Source of the DNA: Microbacteriaceae bacterium
GTDB taxonomy: Bacteria > Actinomycetota > Actinomycetes > Actinomycetales > Microbacteriaceae
Length of the DNA: 32,202 nucleotides
Assembly: GCA_947453285.1 (NCBI GenBank)
Contig: CANGGA010000001.1
Coordinates: 1 to 32,202, forward strand
Reading direction: 5' to 3'
Positions 19,396 through 26,657 of this stretch are shown in pieces. Within the stretch, counting starts at the first letter, position 1. Every line of letters starts with the position of its first letter. The notes under the pieces were generated by a model. The model ran no database searches, was not told the DNA's origin, and saw nothing but the letters and a program-made list of their open reading frames with translations. A program made the position numbers and the translations under genes.

Positions 19396-20376
19396 ATGGC
19401 CGCAGAGCAAACAAAGTCGGGTTCGACCCCGCAGCGCAGAACCCTAACGGTTAAGCCAACTTTGCTTGGCGACAAAGTTTTCTTCGGAATTACTTCTTTC
19501 ACTGCCTATTTCTCGATTGCCCTAGTGGGCTTGGTTTTGGTCTTCTTGCTAATTCGTGCCTGGCCTGCACTTCAGCACGAGGGAATCAACTTTCTGATTG
19601 GTTCAACCTGGGATGACTCGGTTCAGCCGATGGTCATGCAAATTTTTCCGATGCTTTGGGGATCAATTCTCTTGGCCTTGCTGGGTGTTCTTCTTGCGGT
19701 GCCTATGGCCATCGCACTTGCTTACCTAATCGAATTTCTCGCCCCAAAGCCAATTGCACGAGTGGCAACCCTGCTTGTTGACTTGCTTGCAGCGCTGCCT
19801 TCGGTTGTAATCGGCCTTTGGGGTCTTTTCGTATTCACTCCGGTTGCTGAGGGATGGTCTGAGCTGCTTCACAAAACCCTTGGTTGGCTTCCGTTCTTTG
19901 CAAACGAGACCGGAAACTTCAGCCGTTCGCCTTTCATTGCCGGCTGGATCGTTGCCGTGATGATCGTGCCCATCATCACCTCGGTGACTCGAGAGATTTT
20001 CAGTCAAATGGATCGCGATCTCATAAATGCCGCAAAAGCTCTCGGCGGCGGCATGGCGTCGACTCTAACCAGAGTGATCTTGCCAACCGCATCAGGCGGA
20101 ATTGTTGGTGGCACCCTTCTTGGACTCGGGCGCGCGCTCGGTGAGACCGTAGCTATTTTCTTCGTTTTGAACCTGTCTTTCGACATCAACTGGTTCGACG
20201 TGAGCGAAGCTCGCGGTGGATCAATCGCGTCGATGATTTTGTCGAAACTTGGCGAAGCAACCGACTACGAAATCTCTGGCTTGATGGCAGCTGGTGTTGT
20301 CTTGTTCGTAAGCACCTTGATTATCAACTTCATCGCTGGCTACATCGTGAATAGAGCACAACCATGGCGCAAGTAA
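19396..20376 (+). CDS. pstC: Phosphate ABC transporter permease PstC
   Basis: GDKVF, VDLLAALPSVVIGLWGL, VMIVPIITSVTRE, AAKALG, LGLGRALGETVA and AAGVVLF. Confidence 0.93.
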   Translation: MAAEQTKSGSTPQRRTLTVKPTLLGDKVFFGITSFTAYFSIALVGLVLVFLLIRAWPALQHEGINFLIGSTWDDSVQPMVMQIFPMLWGSILLALLGVLLAVPMAIALAYLIEFLAPKPIARVATLLVDLLAALPSVVIGLWGLFVFTPVAEGWSELLHKTLGWLPFFANETGNFSRSPFIAGWIVAVMIVPIITSVTREIFSQMDRDLINAAKALGGGMASTLTRVILPTASGGIVGGTLLGLGRALGETVAIFFVLNLSFDINWFDVSEARGGSIASMILSKLGEATDYEISGLMAAGVVLFVSTLIINFIAGYIVNRAQPWRK

Positions 20377-21443
20377 CTCAGGCCCTGCCTCGGCCGAAGC
20401 AGGCACCTTGGCAGCGACGCAATCTCAAAAACATTGTTCTGATCACACTGGCGAGCGTCTTGCCATCGCTTCTGGCAATAGCAATCACAGTCGCATTCTC
20501 GATTGACGGCGCAATTGGCCTAGTCGCAGTGTTCTTGCCGATTCAGATCCTCGCTACTGTTGCTGTCGGCCAATACCTATACAAAAAGCGCGGACGCCAA
20601 GACGCCGTTCTTATGATTTTCACAATTTTCTTTTCGACTTTGGTAGTCGTTTTGCTTACCTCGGTATTGGTCAGCGTATTTCAGCGCGGCGCTGCCATGA
20701 TGCGACTCAGTTTTATCTCGCAGAATGCAACCTACATTTCATCAACCACCAGTTTGGATTACGGTGGCCTCGGTCACGCGATGCTGGGTTCGCTTGCAAT
20801 CGTCGGGTTCACCACATTGGTAACTGTGCCACTTGGGGTTGGTGTCGCGATCTACCTCACCGAGAGCAGATCTGGCTCGCGAGGAATTGTTCGTTCGCTA
20901 ATTCAGTCGATGTCGGGTTTGCCTTCGGTGGTGTCGGGTATGTTCATCTACTCTGCTCTGATTGTTACCGGCGTTTCGCACCAGATCGGCCTAACCGGCT
21001 CATTAGCTCTAATCCCGTTGATGTTGCCTACCGTTGCCCGAGTTTGCGAAGAAGCACTGCGTCTAGTTCCTGGCGATCTTCGTTCGGCTGCACTAGGACT
21101 GGGTGCCCCAAGCTACCGCATGTTCTTGCAGGTTGTTCTGCCAGCGGCTCGAACAGGCATTATCACCGCTGTGCTTCTGGGTGTCGCCCGAGTCATTGGT
21201 GAAACTGCTCCTTTGCTTTTGACCGTGAACGCGGCTGCAAACACAAACCTAAATATTTTCGATGGACCAATTGAGACGCTTCCGACTTTCTTGTTTAGAA
21301 ACCTCTCGTATGGAACAGACAACTCGATTCAACGTGCTTGGGGCGCTGCGCTTGTTGTTTTGTTCTTGGTTCTGATTATCTTTACGCTCGCCCGAACAGT
21401 CGGTGGCGACAAAAAAGTGGCTAAACCAAAGAAAAGGAAATAG
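20364..21443 (+). CDS. pstA: Phosphate ABC transporter permease PstA
   Basis: GGLGHAMLGS, PLGVGVAIYLTE, MSGLPSVVSG, EEALRLVP, ARVIGETAPLL and RAWGAALV. Confidence 0.93.
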   Translation: MAQVTQALPRPKQAPWQRRNLKNIVLITLASVLPSLLAIAITVAFSIDGAIGLVAVFLPIQILATVAVGQYLYKKRGRQDAVLMIFTIFFSTLVVVLLTSVLVSVFQRGAAMMRLSFISQNATYISSTTSLDYGGLGHAMLGSLAIVGFTTLVTVPLGVGVAIYLTESRSGSRGIVRSLIQSMSGLPSVVSGMFIYSALIVTGVSHQIGLTGSLALIPLMLPTVARVCEEALRLVPGDLRSAALGLGAPSYRMFLQVVLPAARTGIITAVLLGVARVIGETAPLLLTVNAAANTNLNIFDGPIETLPTFLFRNLSYGTDNSIQRAWGAALVVLFLVLIIFTLARTVGGDKKVAKPKKRK

Positions 21444-21446
21444 CTC

Positions 21447-22232
21447 GTGAATCTATCCACAGCGACATCGCATCTGCGTTCAGAAGACATCAACGTCTGG
21501 TTCGGAGAACGACACGTTCTCGCCGACGTAAACCTAGATTTTCCTTCGAATCAGGTCACCGCGCTGATTGGTCCTTCTGGCTGTGGAAAATCAACTTTCT
21601 TGCGAACTCTCAACCGCATGCACGAATTGATTCCGTCAGCTGGTCTTGCTGGCTCGGTTTTGCTTGACGGGCAAGACATTTATGGTGACGGAGTCAACCC
21701 GGTAGACGTTCGAATCAAAATCGGTATGGTCTTTCAGAAGCCAAACCCCTTCCCGACTATGAGCATCAAGGAGAACATCCTTTCTGGGCTCAAGCTGTCA
21801 GGTCGAAAATTTGTGAACGGCGATGACATTGTTGAAACTTCACTTCGTCGTGCGAGCATATGGAATGAAGTAAAAGATCGTCTAGGCGAGCCTGCCATTT
21901 CGCTCTCGGGTGGCCAGCAGCAGCGCCTATGCATAGCTCGATCCCTCGCGATGGAGCCGGAAGTATTGCTGATGGACGAGCCATGTTCAGCTCTAGACCC
22001 AGGTTCTACTCGCCGCATCGAGGAAACCATCGAAGAGCTCTCAGAGGCCATGACAATTGTGATCGTTACGCACAACATGCAGCAAGCGCAGCGAGTGTCA
22101 CACCAGACTGCCTTTTTCTTGGCCGAGGACGGCAACCCTGGCACCGTTGTTGAGTTCGGCTCTACCGATGACGTATTCAACCGTCCGGTCGATGCCCGCA
22201 CCAATGACTATGTCAACGGACACTTCGGTTAA
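21447..22232 (+). CDS. pstB: Phosphate ABC transporter ATP-binding protein PstB
   Basis: [68 protein letters not shown] and YVNGHFG. Confidence 0.96.
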   Translation: MNLSTATSHLRSEDINVWFGERHVLADVNLDFPSNQVTALIGPSGCGKSTFLRTLNRMHELIPSAGLAGSVLLDGQDIYGDGVNPVDVRIKIGMVFQKPNPFPTMSIKENILSGLKLSGRKFVNGDDIVETSLRRASIWNEVKDRLGEPAISLSGGQQQRLCIARSLAMEPEVLLMDEPCSALDPGSTRRIEETIEELSEAMTIVIVTHNMQQAQRVSHQTAFFLAEDGNPGTVVEFGSTDDVFNRPVDARTNDYVNGHFG

Positions 22233-22236
22233 CTAA

Positions 22237-22301
22237 ATAAACCGAAACTTAACCCCTGGTTTACCTAATTAAGTCAAAGCGTTAACTGCACAAAGGTTCA
22301 C
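22237..22301 (+). promoter_or_regulatory. PHO-box-like 11-nt periodic array upstream of pstS (internal promoter)
   Basis: ATAAAC (22237), CTTAAC (22248), GTTTAC (22259) and GTTAAC (22281) share an 11-nt phase; GTTCAC at 22296 is out of phase. Confidence 0.6.
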
Positions 22302-22345
22302 TTCAATTGTCGAACAAAACGACTTCAACTATAAAAGGAGAAATA

Positions 22346-23419
22346 ATGCGAATTAAGGCTACTCTTGCCACCCTCGCACTAACTGCAGCTTTTCTTGGAA
22401 CCGGTGTTGCGGCTCACGCAGCCGGCCAGACAATCAGCGGTGAAGGATCATCTTTCGCAGGTGGAATCCTGACCGAGTGCATCATCGACTACAACGGTGA
22501 CGACACCAACAACTCAAACGGCGACGTAGTTTCATACGTCGGCAACAGCTCAGGCACCGGCCGCGCATCATTCGCTGCTGGAACCAAGGCATTCGGTGCA
22601 GCAGACGCAGGTTATGCATCTACCGACACCAAGCCATCAGACTTGCTATACGTTCCACTCGTTGGTGGACCAATCGCAATTGCTTACAACCTTCCTGGTG
22701 TACCTTCAGGCCTAAAGTTGAACGCAGAAGTTCTTGGACAAATCTTCCGTGGCAGCATCACTTCATGGCAGAACGCTCAGATCAAGGCTCTGAACCCGAG
22801 TATCACTCTTCCAGCTCAGAACATCACCGTGAACTACCGTTCAGGTTCTTCTGGCACCACTCAGAACATGGTCAACTGGTTGATCGCTAACGGCGCATCT
22901 AACTGGACTTCATCAGGCACCTGGGCAACCGCCACTGGAATTTCAACTCCAGCAGGAAACTCAGAAGCTTCTTCGAGCACCATGGTTTCAGACATCCGCA
23001 CCAAGAAGTACTCAATCGGTTACGCCGACTTGAAGGACACCAACGGTAAGGGTCTAACCATGGCTTCAATCAAGAACGCTGATGGCTTCTTTGTTCAGCC
23101 AACTTCTGCTGCTTCAGCTCAGTTCCTAGCTCAGCAGACCCCTGGAACTGACGGTCAGGTTACTTTCGGTTACACCACCAAGTTCGCAAAGAGCAAGGTC
23201 AAGTCAGTCGCGGCAATTGCTAAAACCAACTACAGCCTTTCGCTTGTAACCTATGGTCTAGCACACGCTTCAGCTGGTGCAGATAACACTGCTGTTCGCA
23301 AGTTCTTCACATACGTGTTGACCAACTGTGCACCACGTCTAGCTGGAGAGCTAAAGTATGTAGCTCTAACCGGCGGCCTAAAGACTAAGGCTCTTGCCCT
23401 AGTTGCCAAGGTTGGCTAA
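22346..23419 (+). CDS. pstS: Phosphate-binding protein PstS, with a cleavable (non-lipoprotein) signal peptide
   Basis: SD AAAGGAG before the ATG at 22346; signal peptide ending AAHA; GEGSSF, SSGTG, FGAAD, PIAIAYNLPG, IFRGSITSW..IKALNP, YRSGSSGTT and SIGYAD. Confidence 0.88.
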   Translation: MRIKATLATLALTAAFLGTGVAAHAAGQTISGEGSSFAGGILTECIIDYNGDDTNNSNGDVVSYVGNSSGTGRASFAAGTKAFGAADAGYASTDTKPSDLLYVPLVGGPIAIAYNLPGVPSGLKLNAEVLGQIFRGSITSWQNAQIKALNPSITLPAQNITVNYRSGSSGTTQNMVNWLIANGASNWTSSGTWATATGISTPAGNSEASSSTMVSDIRTKKYSIGYADLKDTNGKGLTMASIKNADGFFVQPTSAASAQFLAQQTPGTDGQVTFGYTTKFAKSKVKSVAAIAKTNYSLSLVTYGLAHASAGADNTAVRKFFTYVLTNCAPRLAGELKYVALTGGLKTKALALVAKVG

Positions 23420-23436
23420 AGAAATTCAATAAGTCG

Positions 23437-23470
23437 AAGCGCGGTGCTGATTATCAGCACCGCGCTTTCG
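23437..23470 (+). terminator. Strong hairpin after pstS (terminator or mRNA stabiliser)
   Basis: AAGCGCGGTGCTGA-TTA-TCAGCACCGCGCTT is a perfect 14-bp inverted repeat with a short T-tract. Confidence 0.75.
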
Positions 23471-23489
23471 GCGTGAAACAGGAGCAAGC

Positions 23490-24539
23490 ATGAACGTCGC
23501 AAAGAGAATCTCTTCCATCATCACTGCATCGCTGATCGTCGTTGCTCTAAGTGCTTGCACACCTCCTAAACCCCCAGAACTCTTGGCTCAAGAAGCCGAG
23601 CAAACTTTTACCTGCATAGACGGAAACGCAAAGGTCGATTTTTCGCCGAGCATCTATGGCGCCGTGACGACCTGGCAGGATTCGCTGACGGCTGCCTGCA
23701 CCGGAATGACCATGACCGAACTGGCTGAAGGCGAGACCGCAGATATTTCTGTCGGTGCCGCTATCCCAGATGCTGCAAAATGCGTTCCGCTAATCAGCGC
23801 ACCAATGGCTGTAGATGCTGGTGTGATCGTGGCCTACCTTGCCGACGGCACCCAAGTCGCCCTATCGGCCAAATCAATTGGATTGATTCTGTCTGGCAAA
23901 ATCACGGACTGGTCAGACGTGCAGATAAAGAAGGACAACCCGCTCGTCTCGATTAATCCCTTGCCAATCGTCGTGAACACCCAAGCTGATCCGACTGCAC
24001 TTTTAGCTTTGACAACTTGGTTGACAAGGCTCGACAGTGCTTTCGCTAACACGCTGATTAAGCCAACACCCGGTTTTGTTGTCGATACCACCGCGCTGGT
24101 CGATGGAAGTCTGACCGTGATGAACTTTTCTGACGCGGCTATTGCCGGTCTTACTCCTGCTTCTATTGTGGTTGGCAAAAACCCTAAGACTGACTACGTG
24201 GGGGCAACGGTTGACACGATTGACTCAGGGGCGAGCCAGTTTGTCGCTAGCCACACCACAACTGGTGTTTCAGTAAAACTAAACCCAGATAAAAAGCCGA
24301 CTCCACCGCGAGGCGCAGATATTCCATTTCCTCCTTACCAGGCCGTTTATCCAATCAACGTGACTCTCTGTGGAGCTGAATCGCTCACCAACAGGGCAAT
24401 TGCCAAATTCTTGTTGCGACTCGATTCGCAGGGAGCAATTTCGAACACATCGTTAGTTGGAATTCCTGAAGAGATTCGAATCGAATCAATTCTCGAGGTC
24501 TCTAAGGGTCTTCCAAAGGCATCCGCCCCAACAAACTAA
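23490..24539 (+). CDS. Divergent PstS-like (PBP type 2 fold) lipoprotein lacking canonical phosphate-binding motifs
   Basis: SD AGGAG and lipobox LSAC. It retains the PstS structural segment LSAKSIGLILSGKITDWSDVQIKKDNP and a C-terminal YPI, but has no GSS/T, GxxD or RxDxSGT. Confidence 0.7.
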   Translation: MNVAKRISSIITASLIVVALSACTPPKPPELLAQEAEQTFTCIDGNAKVDFSPSIYGAVTTWQDSLTAACTGMTMTELAEGETADISVGAAIPDAAKCVPLISAPMAVDAGVIVAYLADGTQVALSAKSIGLILSGKITDWSDVQIKKDNPLVSINPLPIVVNTQADPTALLALTTWLTRLDSAFANTLIKPTPGFVVDTTALVDGSLTVMNFSDAAIAGLTPASIVVGKNPKTDYVGATVDTIDSGASQFVASHTTTGVSVKLNPDKKPTPPRGADIPFPPYQAVYPINVTLCGAESLTNRAIAKFLLRLDSQGAISNTSLVGIPEEIRIESILEVSKGLPKASAPTN

Positions 24540-24578
24540 CTTGCCTGGCAGTGGCACAGAGGCGTTTAGGCTTGCTTC

Positions 24579-24974
24579 GTGAATCAAACTTCTAAACGCG
24601 GTGCCGGCACCCTTTTGATTGCGGTCTATGCGGTGTTTGCCATTTCGGCTACCGCTCGCGCAAGCTACCAGTTGGCTACCAAATTCAACGATGCACCTTT
24701 GGCCTATTCGCTTTCTGCGCTTAGCGCCTTGGTCTACATCGTGGCAACGTTCTCGCTTGCCAAGAAGTCTGCTCTGGCAGCAAAGGTTGCCAGAGTTGCA
24801 GTCACCTTCGAGCTGATCGGCGTTCTTGTCATCGGAACCTTGAGCCTGGTTTTGCCCGAATGGTTTCATCACCCGACGGTTTGGTCTTGGTATGGGTTGA
24901 GTTATGCCTGTCTGCCATTGGTTTTGCCGGTCTTCGGCCTCATGTGGCTAAACAGGCAGCGATCTGCTAATTAG
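24579..24974 (+). CDS. Small integral membrane protein (about 4 TM), unknown function
   Basis: 131 aa with hydrophobic segments, AISATARA.YQL, FELIGVL.IGTLS and TVWSWYG..Y..LPLVLP; GTG start 6 nt after TAGGCT. Confidence 0.78.
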   Translation: MNQTSKRGAGTLLIAVYAVFAISATARASYQLATKFNDAPLAYSLSALSALVYIVATFSLAKKSALAAKVARVAVTFELIGVLVIGTLSLVLPEWFHHPTVWSWYGLSYACLPLVLPVFGLMWLNRQRSAN

Positions 24975-24984
24975 AATTTCAAAC

Positions 24985-25914
24985 ATGCTGTCTTTCAATT
25001 CGCTTGATGCCTTGCCAAATGACATTGGCGACACAGCAGTAACCATCGGAAAATTCGATGCTATTCACCTCGGTCACCGGTTCTTGTTGAACGATTTGGT
25101 TGAATCTGCAGAAGAGCACGCGCTCTCGGCAGTGGTTTTGACCTTCGATCGGCACCCGCTGAACACCCTGCAACCTGGCAGCGCTCCGCAGTCAATTCTC
25201 GGCAAACACCAAAAGAGCTTTCACATTGCCGAAGCCGGGGTAGACGCGCTAGTCACTCTCGAGTTCGATGAGGCGCTCTCACACCTTTCGCCAGAAGATT
25301 TTGTGAAATCGATTTTGGTCGACAAGCTGCACGCAAAATATGTTGTCGTCGGTCAAGGCTTTCGCTTTGGCGCAAACGGCGAAGGCACCTGCGAACTCAT
25401 GGCGCAACTCGCAACAGAGCACGGATTCAAATTCAAAGAGCTGCCTGCCTATGAGATCGACGGCCAGGTTGTCTCGGCAACGCTGGTTCGAGAAAAACTG
25501 GATGCCGGCGACATCGGGGGAGCCGCTCGACTTCTCGGTCGCCCACACGTGACCACCGGCAAAGTTGAACACGGGCTCAAGATCGGTCGCACCATCGGTT
25601 TTCCTACCGCGAACATCGCTCGCGACTGCGAAGGCTACCTGCCGCTCGACGGTGTTTATGCTGGCTGGATGTTTGTCGACGGCGACCGCCTGCCAACCGC
25701 AATTTCGATTGGCATCAACGAAACTTTTCAGGCGGTGCCGCGTTTGGCCGAGGCCTTCGTGCTAGACCGCACGGATCTCGACCTCTATGAAAAGGTGGTT
25801 AGCCTCGAATATGTGTCGTTTATTCGAAAGGCCGCCAAGTTCAATGGGGTAGATGACCTCGTCGAAGAGATCAATCGCGATATCGCAAAGATTCGCGTGG
25901 TCCTGGAGCTCTAA
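24985..25914 (+). CDS. ribF: Bifunctional riboflavin kinase/FAD synthetase
   Basis: TIGKFDAIHLGH, TFDRHP, VVGQGFRFG, GRTIGFPTAN, DGVYAG and KF.GVDDL. Confidence 0.96.
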   Translation: MLSFNSLDALPNDIGDTAVTIGKFDAIHLGHRFLLNDLVESAEEHALSAVVLTFDRHPLNTLQPGSAPQSILGKHQKSFHIAEAGVDALVTLEFDEALSHLSPEDFVKSILVDKLHAKYVVVGQGFRFGANGEGTCELMAQLATEHGFKFKELPAYEIDGQVVSATLVREKLDAGDIGGAARLLGRPHVTTGKVEHGLKIGRTIGFPTANIARDCEGYLPLDGVYAGWMFVDGDRLPTAISIGINETFQAVPRLAEAFVLDRTDLDLYEKVVSLEYVSFIRKAAKFNGVDDLVEEINRDIAKIRVVLEL

Positions 25915-25963
25915 AACAAACTCAAGAACCGAGCTCGGGCTGGCATCTCAGGCCGGTTTGGTC

Positions 25964-26058
25964 TAGACTCGACAGGTTGCCGTGTATCGGCCGCGGATCA
26001 AGAGAGCCAAAACATCCCGTTTTCGGCGCCGCGCAGCAAGAACTGAAGGAGCAAAACT
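25964..26058 (+). promoter_or_regulatory. rpsO promoter (-10 TAGACT) and structured 5' leader, probable S15 autoregulatory RNA
   Basis: TAGACT at 25964-25969, then a GC-rich leader GCCGTGTATCGGCCGCGG...CGGCGCCGCG with self-complementary blocks, and SD AAGGAG. S15-binding leaders upstream of rpsO are established in several phyla, including Actinobacteria. Confidence 0.55.
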
Positions 26059-26328
26059 ATGGCATTAGATGCAGCCGTAAAGACCGCGATTATCAACGAG
26101 TACGCAACTCACCCGGGCGACACTGGTTCTCCCGAGGTTCAGATTGCTGTTCTCAGCAAGCGCATCAAAGACCTAACCGAGCACCTCAAGGAGCACAAGC
26201 ACGACCACCACAGCCGTCGTGGCCTCTTGATCTTGGTCGGTCAGCGCCGTCGCCTCCTTGGCTACCTTCAGAAGGTAGACATCGAGCGTTACCGTGGCCT
26301 AATCGAAAGACTCGGGCTTCGTCGATAA
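26059..26328 (+). CDS. rpsO: 30S ribosomal protein S15
   Basis: 89 aa with [37 protein letters not shown] and LGLRR. Confidence 0.99.
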   Translation: MALDAAVKTAIINEYATHPGDTGSPEVQIAVLSKRIKDLTEHLKEHKHDHHSRRGLLILVGQRRRLLGYLQKVDIERYRGLIERLGLRR

Positions 26329-26367
26329 TTCGACTTCGTCAAAGGCCGCTAATCGCGTAAATCTTTA

Positions 26368-26407
26368 CAAAATCGCTCAGGGCATGCCCTGGGCGATTTT
26401 GCTTTCT
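26368..26407 (+). terminator. Intrinsic terminator after rpsO
   Basis: CAAAATCGCTCAGGG-CATG-CCCTGGGCGATTTTG followed by CTTTCT. Confidence 0.8.
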
Positions 26408-26464
26408 CGAGACCCTAGGTAAATGTCGCCATCGCTGCTACCCTTGGTTTAGAGCGCTTAGGCA

Positions 26465-26539
26465 GGTTTGCTGATCTCCGGTTGAAGAGCTTGAGAACCA
26501 TTTGTGAATCTCAAGATTTTTTACTGCAGATCAGTTACC
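26465..26539 (+). promoter_or_regulatory. Long imperfect hairpin in the pnp leader (candidate RNase III / PNPase autoregulation element)
   Basis: Nested pairings CTGATCT/AGATCAG, CGGT/ACTG, GAAGAG/TTTTTT (G-U rich) and CTTGAGA/TCTCAAG. Confidence 0.6.
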
Positions 26540-26657
26540 GAAAATTCTTTTCGGGGCATCCCTCAAAGTGTGGGCAAGTTAATTTGCCATGGCGCTCACG
26601 CACGCAACACGTCATCCGTGATTTGTCGCGCGCACGAGGATAAAGAGGAGGACCCGA

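Noticed and set aside
22307-22345. Upstream TTG start for pstS
   Set aside because: The strong SD AAAGGAG and the signal-peptide structure point to the ATG at 22346.
19330-24578. pst block as a mobile element
   Set aside because: No integrase, transposase, tRNA target or flanking direct/inverted repeats were seen; it is kept only as a synteny observation.
25977-26360. 127-aa ORF overlapping rpsO
   Set aside because: It is an alternative frame of a highly conserved ribosomal protein gene and has no protein-like features.
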